Below the pieces are notes generated by a model. It was not told where the DNA came from, ran no database searches, and saw nothing but the letters and a program-made list of their open reading frames with translations. Position numbers and translations under genes: made by a program. Shown in pieces: positions 26,601-39,391 of a stretch of DNA of 61,216 nt. Position 1 is the first letter of the stretch. Each line of letters begins with the position of its first letter. Where the stretch lies: positions 124,001 through 185,216 of the forward strand of contig JBDOQK010000066.1 of NCBI GenBank assembly GCA_040437565.1, read 5' to 3'. This DNA comes from Albugo candida. Taxonomy: Eukaryota.

Positions 26601-27299
26601 ATCGCAGCCCAATGAAGCGATGAGGAGCAATCAATAAATGCTGGCATATCTCAAATCGACTATTTACGTCCCTGATTATGTTCAGATTTGTCTAGTATCG
26701 ACAGAAACAGCAGTCCTACTTCATATGTGGCCACACGGTACGATTTTCTGGAGTTTCATCTGGTCAATCAAGAATCCCGTCTCAAGGAACGATTGTTGTC
26801 TTATGCCTATTTGTTTATGATTATAAATCACATTGATCGCATTGTTCGATAGCAAGACCACTAGTTCGAGCATAACCGACACCAACCATCATATAAAGTG
26901 CTTACGTTTGGTCAGGAACAAAAACAATCTCGAGCGCACAGAATATTGTAGAGTGATCGCCGCAAATTTCGTATTCTTTTCTTTTTGCTGTCTTGGTCAT
27001 CGAAAAAAGGCAATACTTTTGAATTGATCTCTTTCGTATGCTCACCAATGTCTGTAATTTCGAGTAAATTTATTGCTCAACATGGCGATATTTGTCTTCG
27101 CATCAAGCTATCTCTTCCAAACAATGTGTACTCTTCAATCGACCTTCCATGTAGCAAAAAGTGTGTCAAACTCGAAAACGAGACAGTACTAGCATAGGAT
27201 GAAATTCATTCTTGAAAGATATTCGATGTGAGGCAGCACATTCTGCATCATAGCTCTCACCATACCACAGGATAGAAATCATCCACACTAATGAACCTC

Positions 27300-28590
27300 A
27301 TGACCGGAGCGTCAACCTTCCAGGTGGCAACGTCATCCTCCAAGTTAATAGCGAGATGTTTGCCAACTTGATGCATACTTTTGTCTTCTCAATCATTGGT
27401 ACTAACAAAGTGAGATCGTTTCATGCCAAATGACCGCATGAGCTGTTTCGAGCTCAGCTTTAGTACCTTGCATTTGAAAAAGAAGCTGGAATGCCTCTAA
27501 AACGTTTTTGTCGTCACACTTACATATTTGGATCGCTTGGAATCTCTCAAATATCAGGCTCTGGGCCAACATCTCCATAATCGAAAAATACATCAGATAC
27601 ACTATGCGTGAGCTAAACTTGACCGCCAGGATCCTGAATGATATACTTCTTCGTGTCGTGTAATATTATCATTGTTCTGCCTGTAAGCGTGGATGAATGC
27701 CACCCGGTATCTATCCCCTCTCCCCTGCTTCCACGCCATATTACTCAACACTGTGTCGCTAATAAACGGATGAAACGTTTCAGTCGCGTTGCTACCACCA
27801 CGAAAACACGCGTATATAGCATCCGGGAGAGTCCAATCTCATCGAATAGCTAGACATGATCTGAGTAAACAGTGCGCTCCGGATTGAGACAAAGCATTCG
27901 TAACTGAGCCTTCCCTTCACGTCTAATGAATGCCTGGAAATCTCGTACAATAGTTGGGAAAGGATGAGGTCCATTAGCCGATCTAACGATGTAATGTGTT
28001 GTCTGCCACTAGCTACCCAGTCTCGGATAGCCTCATTGACTGCATCCTTGCGTGTTGGTAATCCTGAGCGAATAGGAACGACTTTGGCACCGATCATCCT
28101 CATATGAAGCACATAAAGTGATTGCGGCTTTGTACTCACAGTTACAGTCTGTAAAGACGAGAAGAAACGCAGAAGAATCGACATGAGTGTCACGGTATCC
28201 CATATAGTTGGTACAATCCCGGCCCAAGAGAGCACAAGCGGTTGTAGCAATAGTACGATACGTACCAAGTCTCTATGCGAAAACGGCTTGACCGATAGCA
28301 TTATTTTTATGCGCTCCAGTGTGCGCTAAATCCTCTCGTTTCAGCCATATTTGCGATGCTTTGTGAGCCTTCTAGCCAAGTATAAAGGCGTGAGACGACC
28401 GACGTAGTCTCTTCAAAGCTTTTGGATTGTTTTTCGGAAGCTGGCATCTCGGCTGGCTCGATTATATTCTTCTGCGAGTTTGTGATGTGCTTGGACTAAG
28501 ATTCCTGCAATAAAACATCCGCGAAATGGACCAAAGCAAGCATTTAGTTCCGAGACGGAAAAATACATAGGAGGAGCATTGCTCACGCGA
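27300..28590 (-). pseudogene. trpB: Tryptophan synthase beta chain pseudogene
   Basis: [39 protein letters not shown] (PLP-Lys motif missing one residue), MRMIGAKVVPI.SG..T.KDAVNEAIRDWV, GVEAG..IDTGWHSSTL, QDPGGQV*LTHSV, DDKNVLEAFQLL..QG..AELETAHAV. Many frameshifts and stops. Confidence 0.9.
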
Positions 28591-28703
28591 AGGCATCGCT
28601 CAGAGTGGATCGTTGTCTGATTGCTTTAAATCTGTTTCAAATAGGGTCATATTGTATGATTAAACAACTGCTCATTTTCACATTGAAGACTCAGAAGTAA
28701 ACC

Positions 28704-29555
28704 TTACGAGGAGAACGTGTCCTGGGGTGCATTTGTAGTAACTAAAGTAATCGTTCTGGTTTCTTCGGTAAGACGGGGGATACTGCTAGGCTTGTTTGCC
28801 CAGCATGACCAGAAAAGACAATTTTTCTTGGGTTTCTCCAGTGGAGGATCAGGTTTGGTAAAAGGGCGGGTATGCAAAAATCTTACTTCATAATGATCTG
28901 ACCTAGGACTTGTTTTCTTTCTGAAAATGATACGCATGTCAGGATCTAAATCCGGCCCAATGTAGAGGATCCACCCAGTATTACGACTTATCTGGGATGA
29001 TAATTTCGATATCAAAGTTCCAGAATCACGGAGTTTAATTCTCACCTCGTCATTAATTCCATGACCAGGACATGTCGTACCGTAAGGTATAGGAATGCTT
29101 GTATGGTCATGCAATTGTACAGAAATCGAATTAACATCGTAGTTAATAAGACCGATGAGCAATTCTCCAACTTGAAGTCGCCACTCTGATGGATTCGAGA
29201 GCTTTGTTCGGATAACAGCATGAGATTTATCTTTGAAGTCAGTTGAAAGATAAAGGTGCTCTCCATAAAAGTGGTAATCAAATTGAGAACAGTATTGGCC
29301 TTCTCCTGTGGGTTCCAGGTTGAATATGGAAATACCATGGTCGCTAGCACCCAAAACTAATGTATGATTACAAAAGTACTTCTTGAAGACATTTCTGCCA
29401 AGTGAAAATTTGTACTCATGCTTGTACATTCCATCGACAGAATTACTACGCTTACATTCAGTCGGCTTTTTAATAAAACACCTACCGCTGACGTTCCTTC
29501 GATGACTGAACACTTGAAGCAGCACCAAATACAAAAGATGTCGGAGTGTACACAT
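28704..29555 (-). CDS. Secreted protein of unknown function (283 aa), homologous to 2827-3456
   Basis: Intact ATG-initiated ORF with signal-peptide-like MCTLRHLLYLVLLQVFSHRRNVSG followed by C-x7-C. Confidence 0.75.
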   Translation of the reverse strand: MCTLRHLLYLVLLQVFSHRRNVSGRCFIKKPTECKRSNSVDGMYKHEYKFSLGRNVFKKYFCNHTLVLGASDHGISIFNLEPTGEGQYCSQFDYHFYGEHLYLSTDFKDKSHAVIRTKLSNPSEWRLQVGELLIGLINYDVNSISVQLHDHTSIPIPYGTTCPGHGINDEVRIKLRDSGTLISKLSSQISRNTGWILYIGPDLDPDMRIIFRKKTSPRSDHYEVRFLHTRPFTKPDPPLEKPKKNCLFWSCWANKPSSIPRLTEETRTITLVTTNAPQDTFSS

Positions 29556-32500
29556 TCCGGTTTTAATGACAAGTTGTTACGAAGAAAATTTGAAAGTGAG
29601 AAAATCAAGAGAGCCAAACGATCGATGCCAGTTAGCCAGATTTTATTCAACAGCAATTTCGCACTGTTTTCAGCGTGAAGAGACCAATCAGATATCATAT
29701 TCCTTCCACGTACGACTTAAGCAACCTGATGCCACGGCAACAGCACGATCAAATGGCACTAAGCTGACTATAACCTTTTGCCCATCCTCATTTACTTTCC
29801 TTCTATGATAGGACAGAAGCACAGCAGCACAAGATTACATCGGGATCACCGCTTCTATCGTACTTTCCCTCAATACTCTCAACTAGCGACTTCTTTTTCT
29901 GCGACAACATAATTAATCGTAGCTTGAATGCTACCGCTCAGCTGGCTTCTATAAAATTTTGGCTATATAAGCGCATGATTTCTTGCTCAGAGCCACAACG
30001 ACATGAGTGTCGTCCCCTTGTATCACAAAGAACGTACACAGTTTCCGTTTTCAACCCTTCTATCTGCTCAATATATCACCAATCTTCTTTTGTGTATGAA
30101 AACTATGTTTAGAAAAAATGTGTCATTCCTCCCTGTTGGTGGATAGTATTTCCATAATCGCGTAGTCACTACGAAACGTGGCTCATCTATCCACCTTTAG
30201 AGATCACACGCAATCGGATGAGTTAAAAAAAGCCCTACCATTGAGTAGTCGAGCAATAGGGTTGTCTATGGGAAAGACAGTACTGACGGCGCATTGGTAA
30301 AGTACCGGTGGNNNNNNNNNNNNNNNNNNNNNNNNNNNNNNNNNNNNNNNNNNNNNNNNNNNNNNNNNNNNNNNNNNNNNNNNNNNNNNNNNNNNNNNNN
30401 NNNNNNNNNNNGTCATGCAATGGTCAGCACGAGCATTTCCGTGCATCTCTTGCAGTGGATCATGGACGAGGCATATTTTTACGATTCAAAGTATGATACG
30501 AAATCTTTTGAATGCTTTCGTTGTTTCTACTCAAGACATGCTATATGATCGAATCCTCCAGTGAATTAGTGTTGCTCCTATCGTTGAGGCTCATATTGCT
30601 ACTGTTGCAATGAGCATGTTCAAACTCCATCCTATCGTCATCGCCATACTCTTGCGATATTGAATGCCAAGAGAATTGGACCTCGTCGGACCCTTGATCT
30701 TCATGAAAGCTTTTGCACATCCGCATCTCCATAATAGCTTCTACCGACCAAAAGCTGGATTTTAGAATTACATCTCTTTATACTGGTAAATAAGCGCCAA
30801 TTTCACTTCCAAAATTCAGCTGTACTCAAATCACCAACGATATATTTTCTTGAATTTGAGAGATAAGATAAGGAGTGCTACAAAACACCGAGGTCGATGT
30901 CTGGCGAGGCCGCAAGAAAATCATGTTGACGTTGTTAGTATGGTGCTTTTCTGAGGATGCATAGGAAGTGGTGTCTGATTGTCTGAGATAACCACTTCGT
31001 CACAGTAAGCATGCTTGCTCCACCCTGCCGATAAACGTCTCTAGACCATGAGTACGACTTGAACGATCATACAATAGGTTGACTGAGAAGTGACCACAGA
31101 GGGTCGCTATCGCATTTCAAAGTTAAATTTTTGCAGTGCTGATTAATGTATTCTGTTAGGTTTCCGTATTTGTAGTTGGGGAAGAAAGCTCAGGCTGTTA
31201 TTTTCATTGTGAGGAAATGGATGGGGGTGTATCACTCCAAATTACCGGAATTGATAGAAGCGCTGCCTACTGCGCCTTTGATATAAGTGAAGCGATGTCA
31301 TTTTGATTCATAATTTCGATTATAGTAGATATTAAAATTGGTTGCTTCAAAATCAGACTGAACTTATGCTTGCAGCAACATGCGTTGATTCTGTACGGTG
31401 AACATCCGCATCCGAAAACTTTGAAGTGTGCGAATTGTATACGTTTGATTCCGTCTCTATACATTCTGCAAGTTGATTCAGACTGGGAACATTCCACGAA
31501 TAACCAGTGGTAGTCGCTGGCATATATAAGCCTATTGTATCACCAATGATAGGCACATTTCTATAACTGGGAATTTCACGGACATGACTATCGAGTCGTA
31601 TATATCTTGCAAGATAATATATCCTCGCTAGATGAAAAGTCGCCACCCAGTGTCCTAATTGCGAGTTTTGAAGAAGGTGCTGGCTGTCTTGTTTCTGAAT
31701 ACATGAATCGATGTTTGGAGTGCCACATAAAGGTTGCAGAGAAGTTGCATTTCCACCACCTTTAGCATATAAATTGTAAGGTATCTTCACACACTAGTTT
31801 CGTGAAAAAGATGGCCAAATGTGCCATTGAGCCACATCATCAATTTTTTCTGTGCGTGGTGTCTGACATCTTTGGCAGAATCCAGTTTATTGCCATCCGA
31901 TTGCTGACTACCATTTTTGACTTTCAGTGATAAACCCGACTGGGTTCCGTTCCTGCAATTACGTAATCATCGAACGTGGAAAGGCTCATTGATCCGCTCA
32001 TTTATTTCGCAAGCTAGCTCTTTTAAACTACCAGAAGAGGCTCTATTTGTAATTTGCAACTGTATTTTGTATTTTACGAATGATATTGCTCTCTCCACTA
32101 AGTGCGATTCTCATCGTGTGATACATAATGGTCCACAATCCGAGACTCTTGTTTCCTCATCGCGCAAAGCTTCGCCCATGTCGTTTCTTTGCCAGTTTTA
32201 CAAATTACATACTATAAGTCATTGGAGACGGATATGGAGGCTAGGTAGCTGCTATCAAAGCCGCCCTATTCGGAATATAAATCGTCTGAAACGAATTCGT
32301 GGTTCACTTGGTCCACATTGTCCTAATATCGGCACTATCCCGTCCAAAGCCTTTATCTACTCTGGATATGCTGATTGTTGTATTGGATTCGAGCTTGCTG
32401 CCGATAGACGTTTGAGTGCATATGTTACTGGGGTCGGGTACTTGAGTCATTTGTGTCCTGCTCTTGACATGAAATTAGGTCGAGAATTTGCCGAAACACT

Positions 32501-33162
32501 ATCGAAACAAGGTTTCCAGTTCAAATTGCGACGAAAACCACCTTGACTAAAGTGACCGAAGATTGTGTGACAATTACACTCGAAGATGCGAAAAGGAAGG
32601 AATGAGGCCAGTATGAAGCGTGATATCGTCCTGGTAGCCACTAAACGTCGACCATCTATGAATGGGCTTGGGCTGGGGGTATGGGAATTCAAACTGATGC
32701 ATCAAAACGGACTCAAGCCGAGGAACATTAACAAACTGCGATCGCCAGTATGTATACGATTGGTATTGTGATTGCTGGTCCGTTATTGGCTCATAAGGCT
32801 GATGTAGAAGGATTGCAGCCTATGATATTGTGCTGGGAAAACATGGATGGGCATGTGAAATACAATGCGATTCCAGGTGTCATTTTTGCTCATACTGAAG
32901 TTGGAAGAAAAGAAAAATCAAAAAAAAAGAAGAATCTCATACCATTTTCGCAAATTTTCAATGATTGCAAGTTTTCGTCCGCGTGCAGTCGATGGGAACA
33001 GATGGATTTGTAAAAATCTTGGCGCGGAACGATAACGAAGGTGCTCTTTGGCATGCATATCACGATAAGCAATGCAGGTGAATGACGCAGGCAATGTGTG
33101 GTATGGAGTATGGTGCAGCCACTGATGACATCGCACGAACGTGTTACGCGTATCTAACGCTC

Positions 33163-33258
33163 AGTGAAGCGCTATAGGAAGCGTTTGATATCAAGTACGA
33201 TAGACCCATTAGTGAAGCGCTATAGGAAGCGTTTGATTTCAAGTACGATAGACCCATT
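33163..33258 (+). repeat. 48-bp tandem repeat x2
   Basis: agtgaagcgctataggaagcgtttgat(a/t)tcaagtacgatagacccatt at 33163 and 33211, one mismatch. Confidence 0.92.
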
Positions 33259-34208
33259 AAAAAATCTATTGTTCTGATTGGGTATAATGATATTTTCACA
33301 GGTGTGATTGGTTTGATTATTTGCAGCACGCAACATGATTGGCTGAAATATATGGGAAATATATGGAAATGTCTTTACAGTAAGCGAAAAGCTATGCAAT
33401 GTCTAAGGTTTTGAGAGAGAGAAAAGTCATAACCACACTCGTTCGACAGAGAGCAGAAGTTACTGCTGACTTCCACATTCACCATATCCGCAACGCTCTC
33501 GGAATGAGAAAACTGCGATTCCAAATGGCTGCAGGCGACATCCCGTTCCTCGAGAAGCTGATTCTTTTCCGGATAGTAGATACATTGCAAAGCGTATTTA
33601 GATGACGCCGAGTTTGCCGTGTTGATCCCAAACTGAAGAGGACACGAATCGCATCGTAAACGAACAGGATTCGCAGGAATCGTGTGCTGGTATCAAGTTT
33701 AGTAAGCACTGTCGAGCACTCAACTTGCCGTACCCACACTACGCTACATCTCAGGGAAATAGAAATATGGCATAACAATGCACTTTCTTGCGAGCTTTGT
33801 ACAGATATTGCTTCTATCCGCATTTTTCGCACTCACACTGATTCTAAGCGTAAAGTGTCAATCTTAACAGAAGCTATATGTATGTGTCGCCGCATTAAGC
33901 ACATGAGTGAATAGCTCATTGAATGTATTCAGATGTCGGAATTATCGTAGAATTGACAAATCACTAATTTTAGAGCACGAAATTGCTGCGTTATTGTGTG
34001 ATATCCCTCTCGGCAAGTGGCACGATTAATGGCTGAGGTTCTGTTCTGAAAAGGCGTTCGGTACCGAATCAAAAAAGACTTTCAGATGTAAGCTGTAGCT
34101 AGAGTGTAATAAAACGGACTCGATCCCGACGCGGAAACTCTCATAATAATAGAGGCGTTTGGTCAGAAGTCTATTACTTGTTATAAAAAAAGGGATTATA
34201 TAAAGATA

Positions 34209-36540
34209 GAGAGCGTTAACTAATACCCCTCCCCCCTATTTAGAGCCAATACGATCATTCCGTCTCAATTCTACCAATCACGTTATTATTATAATCGTGG
34301 AGAGTAATATCAATAGCTTTCAATCTCAAAGGCTTAGCTGTTTACTCAGTAGATGTTCGCCTAGAGTTTGGGCAAGTTCGCTTATTATGCCGTTCCTATT
34401 TGCAGTCTTGCACTTCCGCTCTGGTTGCTGTGATGCTTCAACATGATCAAAAGGATGGGTCCCGGCGCGTTGATCGCTGCGATCCTGAAGGGAGACGACC
34501 GCGTGTACGAACTTCATGTGGTTCGTCAACTTCGAAATTTTCCGCACCATTCAAATCCACCAGTGCTGTCTTAAGCTGCTTTTGCTGATGCGGATCCATT
34601 TCTGCATGGCGACGCACAATTGATTCGATTGTGTTTCCGAACACGTGTCCCACTGGTGCAGGAGCTTGATGAAGTGGCTGCTGCAACCACCAGTGGCGGT
34701 CAAAGTCAGAAACCACCGTTAGCGAAGTGCCGTTTGCTATCAGCGCCCGCAGCTTATGCTCGGAGGGTAGTCCCATTCACATGGAAAACGCCCCAGAACA
34801 CAACGTCTGGGGACCAGGTTGTTTGGCAAGCTGGTATTTTCCGTGCACCTAAAGCATCAACCATTCAGCACGTAGAAAATAAGGAAAGGATTGCTCTCAC
34901 TTGATTTGCATTGATTACCTTGAACAAAGCGAATGACGAAATTTTCCGAACAACCGCAGACCAGAAGTCTGCCTGCAAGCATATTAGTACCCTCAACATC
35001 TCCACACTTACTTGCCGGCTAATCTCAATTCTTTGTGCCTCCCCAGCGAGGAAAATCTACCATAAACACCGAGGAGATTGGCTGTGAATATCGCAATTCA
35101 CTGTTTATTAAAGCATGACCATAATGTGCAACTTTGCTAATCCACGCTTTCACTAAATGATATCTATGCCGTCGGAGCCACGTGGATTCGAGATAATTTA
35201 TCAATGGAGGCGACACGCTTTCCCTCAGATTCTCCAGCGGTCCACGAAAATATCTTCGTCACCGGAATCGCACATTGACAGCCACAGCTTCCAAAACTCA
35301 CTATAAGCTTCGTCTGTTTGAAAATGTGCTTTGTAATTGGTCTTCACATTCTTCTTAATATGCCAAAGGCAAATTAAGACTGAAGCATCCGGAAAGGCAT
35401 GTTTTATGCCAGAAATGAGGCGAGTTCTCGGTCACCACTTTGCGCCCGTCAATCATAGAGCTATAAAAATCAAATTGCGAAATCGTGCAAGGGTCCAGGT
35501 ATAATAGGCTTAACTCTTCTCAGAGAGGAAGCAAAACGAAAGAGACACGGTTTGATTTATCGGTGTGACGCCAACAGTGTGAAGAAGAGGCATATTGTAT
35601 CTATAACCAAATGTGTACATGCAATTAGGCATATTTGGATGTCTCTGTTCAATATCTGCATATGCATACCTATTCGTCTTGTATGTCGAACCCATGATAA
35701 AGACGGAATTCGCACGAAAGATGCGAGCTAGCGATACAGCCATGTTTGAGACAATAAACAGACACCGAAGTTTCCCATCTGCATAACCTCTAGTACACTT
35801 TCTCATCTTCTAGTAAGTCCAATAAAGATTCAATAGGTCGACGACCATTGGTGTGATCTTTCTCTCCTAGTTATTGTGCACACTTTTAGTTTTGCTTGCT
35901 AGATGCGCTCCACTAGAAAGGACTTTGACTACCTTTTGCTTGCTATTTTGTATATCCTTCCTGACAGCCAGGCAGCATGGATCAATCTGGTGAGGGTTGC
36001 AAGAACTACGCGTGGAGATGCGCCAGCTTTGGTTATATTTGCAACCATCTTCTCCTGCTCGGAATCAAGCGCTCTGTATCTCGTGTAGGCCGATGCGGCA
36101 GGAGCGGTATCATGTCCATGATGTTCGCCGTTTGTGTAACACAAGTTCCCATTTGTAACCCAAATCTGAGTGTTCTGGATCGCTGACTCGTTGAATAACA
36201 GTCTGCCATGTACAGCCGGTTTTGATCGTCGAAGTGTTATGCAGGCCGCTCTCCGATTTCCCATAGCGTCCCCCGTGCACGCATCCCAGCCAAACCTTTC
36301 GCATTTCTCCCGTTTTGCTTTTCTTTGAGCGAGAGCGACTTACAGCGTACCCGTGAAGTTAAGCGAAGGTATTGACATCACTCTCCGCGACTTCGAGTCA
36401 GGAATAGGACGCGTTTAATGGATTTTGCATTGTGGTGGATGCGCGGTGGATGTCAGCGAAGGTCATTAAAATTTAATAATAATAACGTGATTGGTAGAGT
36501 TGAGCCGGATTGATCCTACTGGCGCTAAATGGGGGGGGGG
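34209..36540 (-). mobile_element. Mutator-like (MULE) DNA transposon 1, defective
   Basis: TIRs of ~65 bp at ~34226-34293 and ~36473-36540. Disrupted transposase 34326-36430 with FAR1/WRKY-like N-terminus (FA.LHGYAVSRS..KWLGCVHGG...EHHGH), MGSTYKTNR/YNMPLLHTVGV, FPDASVLICLWHIKKN, YLESTWL and DFDRHWWL. Confidence 0.9.
35601..35669 (-). other. Predicted 69-nt spliceosomal intron in MULE1 transposase
   Basis: GTATGC...CCTAAT...TTATAG. Removal restores the conserved TYKTNRYNMPL. Confidence 0.75.
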
Positions 36541-36604
36541 TAATAATACTTACAGGGGATGTGATTATAGGCGCTCCCAAAAAAATATACCAATTTGATA
36601 ACTA

Positions 36605-39272
36605 AATAAAAAAGGGATCCGCTAACGACCGATCACCCCCATATTTCCATCCAATCACAGACCTCCAGTGGCTTTCCAAGGGAGTCGCGATACAGTATTT
36701 TTTGGAATACATAATAACTCATCTTTGCCCAGTTCATAGTTGCCATCTTCTTGCCATCTTCTTGCCATCTTCTTTCCAATTTCCGATCTCCACTCATATA
36801 GGTCTTTGTCAGCCTGATCATATCAACGATGAACCCCCTTGACCTTGAATCTCTTCCTGACCATCTATTTGGTACCTTGAAGGAAGCCCGTGATGCGGTT
36901 GACAAGTTGTTCCAAGATGAAGGGTATCAAATGACCATCTTGTGCACCAGACACGTTGGGAAAAAACCCTCTGGAGAGGTCAAAGGACTTGACCTAGCAT
37001 GCTCTTGCAGTGGAAGACTACGGACCACTTCTTTACAACAACAACAGCGTCAACGCATACGAGGAAGTCGCGCTACCGCTTGCAAGTTTAGCTTGTTGAT
37101 TCGTCGGCGTGCAGAATTTGAATGGCCGGTAGAGCTTAACATGCATGACCACAGCCATGCAGCTTCTGTGTACCCTAAGGTCCATCCACAAGGTCGCGCA
37201 CTCACAAATGAACAGCACACTGTGGTTCTTGGTTTTATATCCTGATGGTCTCCCGCCTGTCCGCATTGTGGCAAGCATGAGAAGGCAAAATGTCTCGGTC
37301 ACACCCCGTGACATTTGCAACATCAAGCAAGCCGAGCGACGGCGTGTTTTGGCTGGACGCTCAGCACTTGCTGCCTTACTTGACAGCCTGGAAGGAATGC
37401 GTCCACTCCATACTTCACCCAGTTTGATGATGAGCGCAAGTTTACTCACCTGCTTATTGTTTCTGCATCTGCAAAAGAAATCTGTAGCTAATACAGCGCC
37501 AACAAGATCTGGCTCATTGAATCAACGTACAAGACCAATCCCTTTGGTCTACCGCTTGCACATGTTGTTGGAGTTACCGCTACTGGCCAAAACTTCACAT
37601 TTGCATACTGCTTCATGTCAGCAGAAGGCGAGGACAACTACTTTTGGGCCGTGCGCCTCATCTGTGAGGTTTTCAACAGGTTCTCTCTGCCAACATCTAA
37701 TACGTTTGTCACTGATCGCGAGCTGGAGCTGATGAATGCACTGGATAGAGTCTTCCCAGATGCAATTTTTTTGCTGTGTCGCTGGCACATCAGNNNNNNN
37801 NNNNNNNNNNNNNNNNNNNNNNNNNNNNNNNNNNNNNNNNNNNNNNNNNNNNNNNNNNNNNNNNNNNNNNNNNNNNNNNNNNNNNNNNNNNNNAGCAAGA
37901 ATATTCTGAGCAAGCAGCGGAAAACCTTTGCATCAATGGAAGCTTTCCAGAAGCTTAACCAAGCATGGAATCTACTTGTCTCGTCAAAAACTGCAGAGAA
38001 CTACGAGACCCAGCTGGCATCAATGTGCATCGAATTCCCCCATCATGTCATGACATATCTTGAAGAGACATGGCTCATCTACAAGGACCGATTTGTGTAT
38101 TAACTCTTGCGTGGCAAGCTGCATTTTGGGAACACCACAACTTCACTAGTAGAGGGTGCACATGAAACTGGCTTCTGACAGTGGAGACAGCATGCAAGCT
38201 TGCCTGTGAGGGTTAGCTGGCATCAATTCGTCAGCAAACAGCATTGGATCGGGCTATCGCTGATTTACAATTTGGGGCAGCTTTTGCTTCTGTCATGGGC
38301 AAGATTTCTGTGACCGCATTGAAGCTGGCCTTCAAACAATACCAACAGCGACAAGTGGCAGGCGAATGCTCAGGTAGGTTGCAATCAACCCATGGCATCA
38401 CCTGCAAGTATCTCCTCCGCAATTCATCTCCGCTGGCTTGCGAGGATTTCCACCAGCATTGGTGGTTGGTACAGCCAGCTTGTGCGGTTACACTACTGGA
38501 AGCAAATAACAATCAATCCATTACGCAGATCTGCAGAGAAATGGTAATGAATTCAATGAAGCATCACAATTCCACCGCCGGATGATTCGTGACCACCTTG
38601 CAACACTACCTGATGCCACACTACTCAACCCTGTTGTAATCCGATCTTGTGGCTGACCTGCTGGTTCGCTATACAGGAGGATCCCTACATCATCCACGCA
38701 GAGAGACCCCTCACAGTTTGAGCATGTTGAAGCATGTTTACAGCGACAAAGAAGATGCGGAAACTGTCGCCAGATTGGCCACAATCAAAGGAGTTGCCAG
38801 AACCCAATAGTAGCACCTGCATCGGTAGCACTAACAGCAGCAGCACTAACAGCAGCTGGCAATCTTGCAGCGCTTGGCGCTGCTGACGAGTGTAAGTACC
38901 CAGGCTGGCCCACAGATGCCTGGGATCACATTTGAGTCCATAGAATTATATCTCTTTCGGAAATCTACTATATATCTGTATAGAATAGGCTTAAATTTCA
39001 TCAATCCACGTTGCAAAGCAACGTGAACAATAACACCAATTTTTGAAGATGAATTATTCTGTATTAAAAAATACTGTATCGCGACTCCCCTGGAAAGCCA
39101 CTGGAGGCTTGTGACTGGCTGGAAATATGGTGGTGATGGGTCGTTAGCGAAAAGTGATGGGTCGTTAGCGGATCCCTTATTTTATTGCTTTCATTTAGCT
39201 TCTTTTATATTGACCAATCAGAGGCCACGATGTTCATTAATTTATGAAGGGTGGGGGTGATTAACGATTCCC
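36605..39272 (+). mobile_element. Mutator-like (MULE) DNA transposon 2, defective
   Basis: TIRs of ~120 bp at ~36605-36725 and ~39047-39186. Transposase 36829-38935 with stops and frameshifts: LACSCSG..CKFSL..HDHSH, IESTYKTNPFGLPL, FVTDRELELMNAL..FPDAIFLLCRWHI/SKNIL, HFGNTTTSLVEGAH, and C-terminal CCHC knuckle RRCGNCRQIGHNQRSC. Confidence 0.93.
36740..36772 (+). repeat. 11-bp tandem repeat x3 in MULE2 subterminal region
   Basis: (ttgccatcttc)x3. Confidence 0.9.
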
Positions 39273-39307
39273 GTGATTTATTTTCTTTATTCTCTTATAT
39301 TTGTTTA

Positions 39308-39391
39308 AGCCAACCAGAGGCCACAATTACCATTAGTTTATGGAGGCTAAGTGCTGATTGCAGGAAAGGTACGTGCTGAATAACGATTCCC
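39308..39391 (+). mobile_element. Additional solo MULE-like terminus
   Basis: ccaaccagaggccacaattaccattagtttatggagg...taacgattccc parallels ccaatcagaggccacgatgttcattaatttatgaagg...taacgattccc at 39213-39272. Confidence 0.6.

Noticed and set aside
31917..32546. 209-aa ORF as a real gene
   Set aside because: Non-ATG start, no motif, and atypical composition. Cannot be supported.
33163..33258. CRISPR-like array
   Set aside because: Only two directly adjacent units with no spacers, no cas genes, and a eukaryotic context.
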